DNA of 64,000 nt from an uncultured Stakelama sp. (GTDB taxonomy: Bacteria > Pseudomonadota > Alphaproteobacteria > Sphingomonadales > Sphingomonadaceae), in assembly GCA_964419295.1 (NCBI GenBank), contig CAYQPM010000001.1, positions 8,550-72,549 on the forward strand. The letters run 5' to 3'. A program made the position numbers and the translations under genes. Within the stretch, counting starts at the first letter, position 1, and each line of letters starts with the position of its first letter. Under the pieces are notes generated by a model. The model was given only the letters and a program-made list of their open reading frames with translations. It was not told the origin of the DNA and did no database searches. Positions 48,491 to 58,327 of this stretch are shown here, piece after piece.

Positions 48491-50164
48491 ATGCCGACAC
48501 GCCGCCACGCCTTGTGGCTTCATCTCGGCGGCACTGCCGCCACGCTTGGTTGCGCAATGCCGGCGAACGCCCAGACCCGATTGGACCGCGCCGATCCGAC
48601 CATCGTCGAACAGGCGCTGCCCCGACCGACGACCGCGGTCGTCACCCATGAACCACCCAGGCTCGTCGTCGACCCCAGCGTGTTCGACGAACCGGAATAT
48701 GCCGAACACACCGGTACGATCACCGCCGTCATGATCGAAGGCGCAGAAGGCATCGATCGCGCGCCCTTCGGCCCGGTCTACGCCGACGTCCTCGGGCGGG
48801 AACCGAGCCGCGCAGATCTGGCGCGGTTCGTCGGTCGCATTGCCGCCGCCGCGCGCGAGGAAGGCTATCCGCTCGCCAGCGCGTCGATCGGTGCACAGAC
48901 AATCGCCAACGGCATCCTCCACGTCCAGCTCGACCTCGGAAGGATCGACGCCGTCCGCGTGATCGGCGCGCGCAACTCGGCGGCCGACGCGCTGCTCGCG
49001 CACGCCCTGGTAACGGGTCGGGCGCCGCGCCGCCGCGAGTTGGAACGGGCGCTGCTGCTGGTCGGCGACCTGCCCGGCGTGCGTGTCGTCGGCAGCCAGT
49101 ATGTTCTGCAGAACGGGTTCGGCATCCTGCTCGTGACGATCGAGAGCGAGCGCGCCAACGCGTTCGCGCAGCTGGACAATCGCGGCAGCAGCGAAATCGG
49201 GCCGATCCGCTCGACCCTGCTCGCCAACGTTCGCAACGTCGCGCAATCGGGTGACGAATTTGCCGTGCTTGCAGCGCAGACGCCGCTTCAGCCGACCGAG
49301 TTCGCCTTCGTAAGGGGCCGTTACAGCGCGCCCATCGACCGGACGGGATCGACCCTCTCGGTGTCCGCCTCCTACGGTCGCTCTCATCCCGGCGGCGCGT
49401 TGAAACCACTCGACGTGATCGGCCATAGCGTCGATGTGGCTGCGGCCTACACCCGCCCCCTGCTGCGAAGCCGCCAAAACAGCCTGTGGGCGAACGCCGA
49501 ATTCCGCAGTCTGTCGGTGGAACAGATGCTTGCCGGTCGCCGCCTGCGCGACGACCGGCTGACGACGCTGACCGGCTCGTTGAATGGTTTTGCGCCCGCT
49601 GGTCCGGGTGTCCTGCGCGGGGAAATCGGTACGACGATCGGCCTGCCCTTCGCTGGCGTGACCCATGAAGGCGATGCGCGCACCTCGCGCTCCGACGGCG
49701 ATGCGCGCTTCGTTATCGCCAGTTACACGGTGGATTGGACGGTATCGCTGTTGAAGACGGTGACGATGGTCGTCGCTTCCAGTGGCCAGCTGGCGTCGCG
49801 ACCGCTGCTCGCGACGATGGAGCTGGGCGCGGGCGGACCCGCCTTTGGACGCGGATATGACTATGCCGAGCGGACCGGGGATCAGGGCATTCTCGGCTCC
49901 CTGGAATTGCGCGCGGATGCCGGCCGGATCATGCCCGGCCTGATCGACCGCCTGCAATTGTACACGTTCATAGACGGGGGCGGCGTGAGCAACCTGCGAG
50001 ACGGCGTAGGCGGCGGGACGTTGCTGTCGGGCGGCGGCGGCGCGCGACTGGGGCTTGGAGCAACTGACGGTATGATCGAACTGGCGCTACCGCTCAGTGC
50101 GGATCGCTATGATACCGGCAACAAGAGCCCGCGTGTATCTGTTCGACTTTCCCGGGTTTTTTGA
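48491..50164 (+). CDS. ShlB/FhaC/HecB (TpsB-like) POTRA + beta-barrel outer-membrane protein
   Basis: Signal peptide, POTRA motifs (GYPLA..QTIANGIL; LERALLLVGDLPG), LDNRGS, FGRGYD..GDQG..SLELR, terminal Phe. Confidence 0.88.
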   Translation: MPTRRHALWLHLGGTAATLGCAMPANAQTRLDRADPTIVEQALPRPTTAVVTHEPPRLVVDPSVFDEPEYAEHTGTITAVMIEGAEGIDRAPFGPVYADVLGREPSRADLARFVGRIAAAAREEGYPLASASIGAQTIANGILHVQLDLGRIDAVRVIGARNSAADALLAHALVTGRAPRRRELERALLLVGDLPGVRVVGSQYVLQNGFGILLVTIESERANAFAQLDNRGSSEIGPIRSTLLANVRNVAQSGDEFAVLAAQTPLQPTEFAFVRGRYSAPIDRTGSTLSVSASYGRSHPGGALKPLDVIGHSVDVAAAYTRPLLRSRQNSLWANAEFRSLSVEQMLAGRRLRDDRLTTLTGSLNGFAPAGPGVLRGEIGTTIGLPFAGVTHEGDARTSRSDGDARFVIASYTVDWTVSLLKTVTMVVASSGQLASRPLLATMELGAGGPAFGRGYDYAERTGDQGILGSLELRADAGRIMPGLIDRLQLYTFIDGGGVSNLRDGVGGGTLLSGGGGARLGLGATDGMIELALPLSADRYDTGNKSPRVSVRLSRVF

Positions 50165-50384
50165 GTGGGATCGCCAAGATTGCCGCAAAGGCACTGAGCA
50201 GAGCCGGCCCCCGGGCGAAGGTGGAGCGAAACGGAAGCGGAGGCCGGCATCCACATAAACATCAGTCATGCGTTGTTGTCCGTTTTGGAAAGCGATCCGC
50301 GACCGGCTGCGTTTTCGCAACGCATTCGGTCGCTGAACGGTACTTTAGCAGATCGTGGCAAAACCCTTGCGTGGTGACCGTCCA

Positions 50385-50843
50385 CTACATAACCAACAGC
50401 AGCAAGGGCAACACTGCACCGGCGAACAGCATCACAATCGAAACACGACGTGTTGCCTTGTTGTTCAACGCGATCACGACTCCCAGCAGTGCGGAAACCG
50501 CCAGTCCGATGGACATCAGGACGACGAATATCTTCATCGGAAGACGGGACGCTCCCTGCCCTTTCGACGGAGACGATGACGGCTTCACGTTGCTGCGACT
50601 CACCACAGGCGAACGCCTCTGGCTGGGGCTCTCGTCACGTTGACGCGGCATGGACGAGTCCTTGTGAACGCTTGCCATCCAGACGATCCAGGCCGGGGGA
50701 ACCCGTCCATATCCTTTTTCTTCCTGCAGCCGGAACGTCTGCAACGCTCCGCTGACGACGAAAAGCAGGATAGCGGGCGTGAAAAATACGCCGATGTAGT
50801 GATGAACGCGACGGATCTGCTTCATCGTTTGCGCTTTGATCAT
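50385..50843 (-). CDS. PepSY-associated-TM-like membrane protein
   Basis: RRVHHYIGVFFTPAILLF..SG and WMASVH motifs; 3 TMs; GAAGGG RBS. Confidence 0.7.
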   Translation of the reverse strand: MIKAQTMKQIRRVHHYIGVFFTPAILLFVVSGALQTFRLQEEKGYGRVPPAWIVWMASVHKDSSMPRQRDESPSQRRSPVVSRSNVKPSSSPSKGQGASRLPMKIFVVLMSIGLAVSALLGVVIALNNKATRRVSIVMLFAGAVLPLLLLVM

Positions 50844-51124
50844 GGCGATACGTTCCCTTCTTGCATGTCATACCGGCGCAGAGCGATCCGCCGACGTTGC
50901 GCTTTGCTTCTGCTAGTTGGTGCACGCTTTCATAAACGGCTGTCGATGTAATTGGATGGAGGTCCATTGCTTCGCGACCCCCGCAGGGCATTGGCCGGTC
51001 GAGCAGATCCCGGTCGGTCGACCGAGATGCTTAGCCCGCGTCCAAACCTCAGTCGGACGCAGAGATTCTTCGTATCCGGGTGGATGGAGCTTTTCTCGCC
51101 CGCCATTTTCAGTTTGATGTCAGT

Positions 51125-51559
51125 TCAGTGCTGTACAACGCATGTCTGCACCAAGGCACGCACGCGCGGACCATCGAGACCGCCGCCCTGCTCGGCACAG
51201 ATTTTGCCCCGTCGGTCGGTCGCCACGCTGAACGGCAGGCCCGGCGTTCGCGCCCAGAGGGCCGCACGCACGGCCTCGCGCTCGCTTATCGCCGGCGTCC
51301 AGCGCCGCATCTCCGGCAGGCTGGCCACCATGGCCCTGGCGCGCGAACCATCCTCCATCGACAGGACGCGCACCTCCAACGGCGCGGCCGCGGCGACCAG
51401 TCCGTCCAGCCGCGCCAACTCGCCCCAGCATGGCGCGCACCACGGCGCAACGAGCAGTAACAGCGTGTCAGGTGGCAAGGTCGCCGCAGTAGAGGGGGGC
51501 TGGGCCGCTCCCGACATCACGGCCATCGCAAGTGCGGCGGCTCCGCGAAAGCACTGCAT
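51125..51559 (-). CDS. Exported thioredoxin-fold protein (CxxC)
   Basis: APWCAPC motif, GLP cis-Pro-like loop, signal-like N-terminus, GAGAGGGGG RBS. Confidence 0.7.
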   Translation of the reverse strand: MQCFRGAAALAMAVMSGAAQPPSTAATLPPDTLLLLVAPWCAPCWGELARLDGLVAAAAPLEVRVLSMEDGSRARAMVASLPEMRRWTPAISEREAVRAALWARTPGLPFSVATDRRGKICAEQGGGLDGPRVRALVQTCVVQH

Positions 51560-51620
51560 CAGTCCCCCTCTCGACACGTGACGTCGGCCATGTTCCAATA
51601 AGGCGCTCAGGGGGGATGCC

Positions 51621-53582
51621 ATGATTGCAACGTTGATCGCGCTAATCATCGGAGGTCAAGCGGGACCAGCGACTCCGCCGCCGGCACCTGCCGCCTCCAC
51701 CAACCAGCAGCGCTTCGATGCAGCGACCGCGGCAGCGGACGCAGGGCGATGCTCCGATGCAGTGACGCAATTCGAGGCGCTGGAACTTACCACCGCCTAC
51801 AAGCGCGGCGGCCTGCTTGCCGCGGCGGTGGACGTCCGCAAGGGCGGATGCATGATGCGAACCGGCCATCGTGCCCAAGGAGCCGCCGCGATCTTGCGCG
51901 GACTGCCGACCTTGAAGGCGCAAGGCGAGTCCTTCGGCAGTGACGTCAGGAACGCGTACCTCGCGCTGGGCTCGGATGCCTCTGAGCGGTTGGATTATGA
52001 TCAAGCAGCGCTGCACTACAGGGCCGCAGCGGATGCCGTACAAGGCACTGGGCGCATCACGCCGCTCGTGCTGCTGTCCCAGGTCACCATGTTCGACCAT
52101 GACGGGCGGGCTTTGGCCGCGGCGGACGAGGCCCGTCAGCTGGTCCTGACAACTCCCGCATATGGCAAAAAGGACGTGGCCACCGTTCAAACCCAATATG
52201 CACGGGTGCTGTTGAACGAGGGACGCGCTGGTGAAGCCTACCGGATCCTCAAGGACAGCCTTGCCAAGCAAGGGGGGCTGACAAACCGGGTCGGACTGAA
52301 CGATATCGCCACGCGATCGGATCTGGCTATCGCCGCGCTCCAGAACAAACTGCCCGACGATGCTCGCTTGTACCTTGCCTATACTGGCGCCGGCCGCATG
52401 AAGGACACGCCGTTCAATCGTGCGGCCAGCCTCGCTGCGCCCGCGTGCGGCGAAGGCGGCTTATTGCCCGATGATATGGCGATCATTCAGTTCTCCCTGG
52501 AAAGCGATGGAAGCGTCGACGCCGTCTCCCCCATCTATGCGTCGGGCGGACGGCGGGCGGCCGTGGCGTTTGCAAGCGCCGTCCGCGATTGGTCGTGGCG
52601 CGCCGAGGATGCCGCGAAAATACCCGCCGTGCTCCGTCACAGCACGAGGGTCGAGATCCGGTGTTCGAAGTCGGCGGAAAGCAAAGGGATCAGCAATCCC
52701 CTGCGCGACGCGGCAATGATGTGGCTCAACGGTCGCGCCGGAGGTGCGCCATGGGAAGACATGTCCGACGCGGCGGCGCTGCCGCTTCAACGCGCTGCCC
52801 TGGAGCGGGCGAGCGCGACGAAGGACCAGGTTGCGCTGGCACGCGCGGCGCTGGCCTTGGCGGACAGTTCCGTGACGGACGCCAAAGAATCCATCACGCT
52901 GCTCGACACCGCGGCAACGGCGGCCCGTGCTGCCAACGCGCCGGCAGCCGTGCGCAACTTCATCGGCCTGCGCCAGTTCGGCATGGAAGAGGCTGACGTC
53001 GCGAAGACGCGGACCGGCTTACGCGCGCTGCTTGCCCAAGCGGATTACAACAACGACCCGCTGAGCGCCGCTACGTTGCGGCTGCTGATCAGCCAGTCCG
53101 CCGGAAAAACACCGCCGCCATCCGATGCAGCGGCGCTACAGGCCGCGGTGGCCGATGACCCGGCGCTGCCCACCAACCACCCATTGAAGATCGCAGCGCT
53201 GCTGGGCCAGGCCAACGTGCTGGCGGCAAAGGGCGATCTGGCAGGCGCCCGCAACGCCTTCGACCGCACGGGGCTGACCGGGGAGCAATGCGCGCAACTG
53301 GGTCTCAGCCCGAATATGCGATCGTCCGGTGCATCGTCGAGCGACTATCCGACTGCAGCGTTCCGGATGGGGTTCGAAGGCTGGGTAATTGCCGAGGCCG
53401 ATGTAACGCCCGACGGTCGCACCACCGTTCCGCGTGCCACCATCGCATACCCGCCGTTCGTTTTCGACGACGCCGCGGTCGGCATCATCAAGGATGCCCG
53501 TTATAGCAGCTCGTTCCGACCCGAAGGCACGTTGGCTTGCCGGGGCGTGAAGATGCCGATCCGTTTCCTGTTACCCAGCTGA
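51621..53582 (+). CDS. Exported helical-repeat protein with TonB C-terminal-like domain(s)
   Basis: C-terminal YPTAAFRMGFEGWV..DVTPDG...FDDAA is a TonB_C pattern; a similar degenerate segment mid-protein (IQFSLESDGSV); Ala-rich TPR-like helices. Confidence 0.78.
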   Translation: MIATLIALIIGGQAGPATPPPAPAASTNQQRFDAATAAADAGRCSDAVTQFEALELTTAYKRGGLLAAAVDVRKGGCMMRTGHRAQGAAAILRGLPTLKAQGESFGSDVRNAYLALGSDASERLDYDQAALHYRAAADAVQGTGRITPLVLLSQVTMFDHDGRALAAADEARQLVLTTPAYGKKDVATVQTQYARVLLNEGRAGEAYRILKDSLAKQGGLTNRVGLNDIATRSDLAIAALQNKLPDDARLYLAYTGAGRMKDTPFNRAASLAAPACGEGGLLPDDMAIIQFSLESDGSVDAVSPIYASGGRRAAVAFASAVRDWSWRAEDAAKIPAVLRHSTRVEIRCSKSAESKGISNPLRDAAMMWLNGRAGGAPWEDMSDAAALPLQRAALERASATKDQVALARAALALADSSVTDAKESITLLDTAATAARAANAPAAVRNFIGLRQFGMEEADVAKTRTGLRALLAQADYNNDPLSAATLRLLISQSAGKTPPPSDAAALQAAVADDPALPTNHPLKIAALLGQANVLAAKGDLAGARNAFDRTGLTGEQCAQLGLSPNMRSSGASSSDYPTAAFRMGFEGWVIAEADVTPDGRTTVPRATIAYPPFVFDDAAVGIIKDARYSSSFRPEGTLACRGVKMPIRFLLPS

Positions 53583-53933
53583 TCGCTGACCCGCGTACGA
53601 GTGGGACCGTCGAACACGATTGTCATCTCCATTTGGAAAGACCCGATCCCGGCCCGTCGGAGGCACCTGCGCCACATCCGCAAGCGGCGTGTCTAATCGG
53701 GATCGGCGACCCCAACGGCGCTCGGCGGGGCGACCCTCGTCCGTAATGCTGATGCGCTCATCGTCGTCGTGCAGGTACGTCGCGGCGAACCGCACAAGCG
53801 ATGTGGGCCTGTCATGAGGCATGCAGCCAGCTCGTGTCGCGTACAAGAACGAGCCATCCATTGGTAACGACGATGAGGCTGGTGCGGGGACGGCAAACGG
53901 GTAAAGTGCCCTGACCTTGCCCGGAGATATGCT

Positions 53934-56006
53934 TTGACTTTCAAGCACCTGTTCCTCGCTGTCCTCGTCGGCACCACGTCGCTCGGCATTCCTGCCGCCG
54001 GGCAGATGGCGCGACAGGCGACCACTCTTGCCCACGACAGTGCCCCACCGGAGCGATATGGAAGCTGGGGCTTCGACACGACCGGAATGGATCGCAGCGT
54101 CAAGCCGGGCGACGACTGGTTCCGCTTCGTCAACGGCGCCTGGGTCGCCCGAACGCAGATCCCGCCCGACCGGTCGTCCTACGGCGCATTCGCGGTGCTG
54201 CGGGACGTCTCCGAGCAGCGGCTGCGCAGCTTGATCGGTAGTTACAGCGCTACCGATGCCGCGAATCCAGACCGGATGAAGGCGGCCATCCTCTATGCCG
54301 GCTTCATGGACACCGCCACGGCGGACAAGCTGGATGCCGCCCCGCTGGTCGAGCGTCTGGCCCCGGTGAAGGCCGCTGCATCGAAAGACGACGTCGCGCG
54401 TCTCATGGGGCGCTCGCTCGGCGGCTTCGGCGCCAGCTTCTTCGCGCCCGGCATCAACGACGACGCCAAACAACCCGACATCTATTCGCTTTATCTGCGC
54501 CAGTCAGGACTCGGGCTGGGCGACCGCGAGCTTTACCTCGACCCGAAGTTTGCGCCCCAGCTTGCGCGGTATCGGCAATATGTCGCGCAGATGCTGACGT
54601 TCGCCGGTTGGCCCAATGCCGAGGCGGCCGCGAACGACGTGGTGGCGATGGAGACCCGGCTTGCCGCCGCCCACTGGACTCGCGCGCAGAGCCGCGATCG
54701 CGACAAGACGTATAATGCGACGACCCTTGCGCAGCTGGCGACCCAGGCCCCGGGCTTCGCCTGGGCGACGTTTTTCAAAGCTGCGGGCATCGATGCCGCG
54801 GACCGGGTAATCGTGGCGCAGAACACGGCGTTTCCCGGCATCGCCAAGGTTTTCACCGACGCCGATCTGGCCACGCTCAAGGCGTGGGAGGCATTCCGGA
54901 TCGCCGACGACATGGCGCCGTTATTGTCCAAGCGGTTCGTCGACGCGCAGTTCGATTTCCGGTCCAAATTCCTCAACGGCCAGCCGCAGCAGCGCGAGCG
55001 CTGGAAACGGGCGGTGGCTTTCACCGAGAACGGCATCGGCGAGGGGATCGGCCGCGATTACGTCGCGCTCTACTTCCCGCCCGAGTCGAAGGCGAAGATG
55101 GACCAGCTCGTCGGCAACCTGCGCGTCGCGCTGGCTGGCCGCATACGCAATCTGACCTGGATGGGCGCTGCCACCAAGACGCAGGCGCTCGACAAACTGC
55201 AGGGTTTCAATGTCAAGATCGGTTATCCCGACAAGTGGCGCGACTATACCGCGCTCAAGGTCATGCCCCATGACCTCGTCGGCAACGCGGAGGCGGCACA
55301 GCGATTCGAATGGGATTATAGGCGTCGGCGGATCGGCAATCCCGTCGACAAGGCGGAGTGGGGAATGACCCCGCAGACCGTCAATGCCTATTATAATTCG
55401 GTCAAGAACGAGATCGTCTTCCCGGCAGCGATACTGCAGCCGCCCTTCTTCGATCCCAAGGCCGATGACGCGGTAAACTATGGCGGTATCGGCGGCGTCA
55501 TCGGACACGAGATCAGCCACGGCTTCGACGACCAGGGCCGCAAGTCCGATGGCCACGGCGTCCTGCGTGATTGGTGGACCGCGGAGGATGCGACGAAGTT
55601 CGAGGCGCAGGCGTCGCGCCTCGGCGGGCAATATGAGGCCTACAGCTTCGATGGGCTGCCCGGCATCCACATCAACGGTCGCGCGTCGATGGGCGAGAAT
55701 ATCGGCGATCTGGGCGGCGTGCTCATCTCGCTCGATGCCTATCACAATTCACTGGGCGGCAAGGCCGCGCCCCTGATCGACGGCTTTACCGGCGATCAGC
55801 GCTTCTTCCTTGGCTGGGGACAAGTTTGGCGCACGTTGTTCCGCAACGAGGCGCTTCGTCAGCAGCTGGTCAGCGACCCGCATTCGCCGGGACAGATCCG
55901 GGCCGTCAATCCGCTACGCAATGTCGACGCGTGGTATGCAGCCTGGAAAATCGATCCAGGCGAGAAGCAGTATCTTGCACCAGCGGACCGGGTGCGCATC
56001 TGGTAA
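53934..56006 (+). CDS. M13 family (neprilysin/PepO-like) zinc metallopeptidase
   Basis: PGDDWFRFVNG, VNAYY, GHEISHGFDDQG (HExxH), GENIGD, DPHSP; signal peptide; TTG start after GGAG. Confidence 0.95.
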   Translation: MTFKHLFLAVLVGTTSLGIPAAGQMARQATTLAHDSAPPERYGSWGFDTTGMDRSVKPGDDWFRFVNGAWVARTQIPPDRSSYGAFAVLRDVSEQRLRSLIGSYSATDAANPDRMKAAILYAGFMDTATADKLDAAPLVERLAPVKAAASKDDVARLMGRSLGGFGASFFAPGINDDAKQPDIYSLYLRQSGLGLGDRELYLDPKFAPQLARYRQYVAQMLTFAGWPNAEAAANDVVAMETRLAAAHWTRAQSRDRDKTYNATTLAQLATQAPGFAWATFFKAAGIDAADRVIVAQNTAFPGIAKVFTDADLATLKAWEAFRIADDMAPLLSKRFVDAQFDFRSKFLNGQPQQRERWKRAVAFTENGIGEGIGRDYVALYFPPESKAKMDQLVGNLRVALAGRIRNLTWMGAATKTQALDKLQGFNVKIGYPDKWRDYTALKVMPHDLVGNAEAAQRFEWDYRRRRIGNPVDKAEWGMTPQTVNAYYNSVKNEIVFPAAILQPPFFDPKADDAVNYGGIGGVIGHEISHGFDDQGRKSDGHGVLRDWWTAEDATKFEAQASRLGGQYEAYSFDGLPGIHINGRASMGENIGDLGGVLISLDAYHNSLGGKAAPLIDGFTGDQRFFLGWGQVWRTLFRNEALRQQLVSDPHSPGQIRAVNPLRNVDAWYAAWKIDPGEKQYLAPADRVRIW

Positions 56007-56009
56007 CGC

Positions 56010-56049
56010 AATGCGACGGTTCCGGCCGCTGCCGTGGGCCGTCGCATGC
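56010..56049 (+). terminator. Hairpin after M13 peptidase
   Basis: ATGCGACGG...CCGTCGCAT inverted repeat immediately after the stop. Confidence 0.55.
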
Positions 56050-56412
56050 AACCGCCGTGCAGGGACTTGGTGGATCGACGTGCCGCCGGTGGCGCTGTCG
56101 TTCGCGCCGCTATGCCGCCGGGTTTGGTCGAGATCGCGAGCAGGCGGTTGCGGAAGTCGGTATGTAAATACCGACTTGGGGGGCTGAGGCGGATGGCGTT
56201 GCCGCAACGGCTGCGCACGCCCGCGTCATAGGTCCCGGCTGCTCTCCGGCTGGCCCGACCCGACGAAGGCGTCGAACGCCGACTGGCTGCCGATGAGCCA
56301 CGGACCGCCACGGACCGCCAGATACGCCCGCTATCGGCTACCATGACTTGGCAGCCGATCAATCTGGCATTAAGCGCCGCCGCCTACATCATTCCCGCAG
56401 AAGGCGAAGCCC

Positions 56413-56613
56413 ATGCTGATCACCGTACGCGACAACAATGTTGATCAGGCCTTGCGCGCTCTGAAGAAGAAGCTGCAGCGCGAAGGCGTGTACCGCGAGA
56501 TGAAGTTGCGTCGGCATTATGAGAAGCCATCCGAAAAGCGCGCGCGCGAACATGCAGCCGCAGTCAGCAGGGCTCGCAAGGCCGACCGCAAACGACAGGA
56601 ACGTGATCGGTGA
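56413..56613 (+). CDS. rpsU: 30S ribosomal protein S21
   Basis: [37 protein letters not shown]. Confidence 0.96.
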   Translation: MLITVRDNNVDQALRALKKKLQREGVYREMKLRRHYEKPSEKRAREHAAAVSRARKADRKRQERDR

Positions 56614-57087
56614 TCGCTGTCGCAGCATAGCTGCAACACCTGAAAACTTCGAATGCGCAGAGAAACCGGCTCACGATACTGATACGTTGCGCACACACAT
56701 TCCATGTGCGCTGGGCCGTAGAGAACCGCTATGGATTTGAGCTGCGGCATACGCTTCGATCCAGTCTGAAGCGGGCGAGACTTTCAGCGCAATCTTCTAA
56801 GCCGACTAGGTAAGTGCTGGCGGTGTCGTATCGGCATATTGCATGCCCCTCTCCTATTTGGAGACAGCCGGGATCCTGCGAGACAATGGTCTTGCCGCCA
56901 TCCCGGCCGCAGGACGAGCGACACCGGCACGGTTGGGAGCGTGGTCGTCCACCAACAGTCAATCATGCGGATCATGTTGAAGGTCCGGCCGTAGCTCAAC
57001 TTGGCCCCTTGCTGTCGCCGCGATCTGCGGCGCCTCCGGGAGATCTGCCAAAAGGGTTTCAGTCCCTGAACCGATCGAGAGAGAACG

Positions 57088-57447
57088 ATGACAGGCCCAG
57101 TGAAAGTTTGGGACGCGGCACTGGTCCGCAAATGGCTGGAGCGCCGTTATGAGGCCTCGCGACTGGATCAAGCGGCAGCGGACAGGCAAGGGTATGAGGC
57201 GAGGGACGATTTCGACAAAGCGGCTGCCGAAGAGTGGGTGTGCCGCGCGCTGAAGAGCGCCGATTGCACGAACGACCAGGCTGCGCTCGCCATCCGCCTG
57301 AAGGAACTGATCGATCAGGACGAATATCCTGCGACAGGGCTCCATGACGATGTTCGGTTCGAACGGCATGTTCGCACCTATTTGCGGAAGCTGGTCAAAA
57401 TGACGAAGACGAACGAGGGCTGCGAGAAGATCCTCCGCCACCAATGA
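57088..57447 (+). CDS. Hypothetical protein
   Basis: 119-aa ORF, GAGAGAG RBS, protein-like composition; no family recognised. Confidence 0.7.
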   Translation: MTGPVKVWDAALVRKWLERRYEASRLDQAAADRQGYEARDDFDKAAAEEWVCRALKSADCTNDQAALAIRLKELIDQDEYPATGLHDDVRFERHVRTYLRKLVKMTKTNEGCEKILRHQ

Positions 57448-57579
57448 ATGGGGCAGCGCTTCAAGCAGCGCGACCCGGAAGTGGGCGTTCAGCGCTCCCC
57501 TGCTTCGGACGCCCGTTCATCTTTGATGCACCGCCCGAACCGCAGGCCTGCGGGTGCTAACATTTTGCAAGAAGATATT

Positions 57580-57669
<90 letters not shown>

Positions 57670-57758
57670 GCGAGGACGATCACCGGGTAAACCCGGCGGC
57701 CGATCGGTCGAGCGGCGGCCTCTAACGAGTTCGATTTCGGGGTGCAAGCACCGTTTCG

Positions 57759-57786
57759 CTTGTGCGGCGCGGAAAGCCCCCTAAAT
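57759..57786 (+). promoter_or_regulatory. Putative RpoH (sigma32) promoter of hspQ
   Basis: CTTG-N17-CCTAAAT resembles the alphaproteobacterial RpoH consensus, directly upstream of a heat-shock gene. Confidence 0.5.
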
Positions 57787-57787
57787 T

Positions 57788-58174
57788 ATGCCCATGCCTC
57801 GCCACGACCCCACCGGCACACTGCCCTTCGTCGAAATCGACGCGCCTGCCATCGCGCATGCCCGCTTTTCGATCGGCGAAGTCGTGCGTCACCGCCTGTT
57901 CGATTTCCGCGGCGTCATCTTCGATGTCGATCCGGTCTTCGCGAACACAGACGAATGGTATGAGGCGATTCCGGAGGGCGTGCGGCCCAGCAAGGACCAG
58001 CCTTTCTACCACCTGCTCGCCGAGAACATGGAGTCGAGCTACATCGCCTATGTCAGCCAGCAGAATCTGGTCGCGGATGAAAGCGACGAGCCGATCGATC
58101 ATCCGGCCATTCCCGGCCTGTTCACCGACTTTGCCGACGGCCGCTACGCCCTGCGACGCGAGCATCGCCACTAG
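57788..58174 (+). CDS. hspQ: Heat shock protein HspQ
   Basis: ARFSIGEVVRHRLFDFRGVIFDVDP..DQPFYHLL..AYVSQQNL; an alternative start lies at 57794. Confidence 0.93.
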   Translation: MPMPRHDPTGTLPFVEIDAPAIAHARFSIGEVVRHRLFDFRGVIFDVDPVFANTDEWYEAIPEGVRPSKDQPFYHLLAENMESSYIAYVSQQNLVADESDEPIDHPAIPGLFTDFADGRYALRREHRH

Positions 58175-58327
58175 CCGGTAAGGGCGGGCGTCGAATGATT
58201 CCCGCGACCGTTCCAAAATCCTGCCGGCGAACGGTTGACAGCAGGCCCGCTTTTCCTTAGCTGCCGCCCCTCATCCCGCCGGGTCACCCCTGCGCGGGTA
58301 CATGTTTTTTGGGAAGTGACTTTAGCC

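Noticed and set aside
53583..53933. Protein-like minus-strand fragments between the TonB-C gene and the M13 peptidase
   Set aside because: There is no RBS/start and no recognisable family, so a CDS or pseudogene call cannot be supported.
53934..56006. M13 peptidase as the processing or degrading enzyme of the 19-aa peptide
   Set aside because: It lies ~38 kb away in a different block, and M13 peptidases are common in this group; nothing in the sequence links them.
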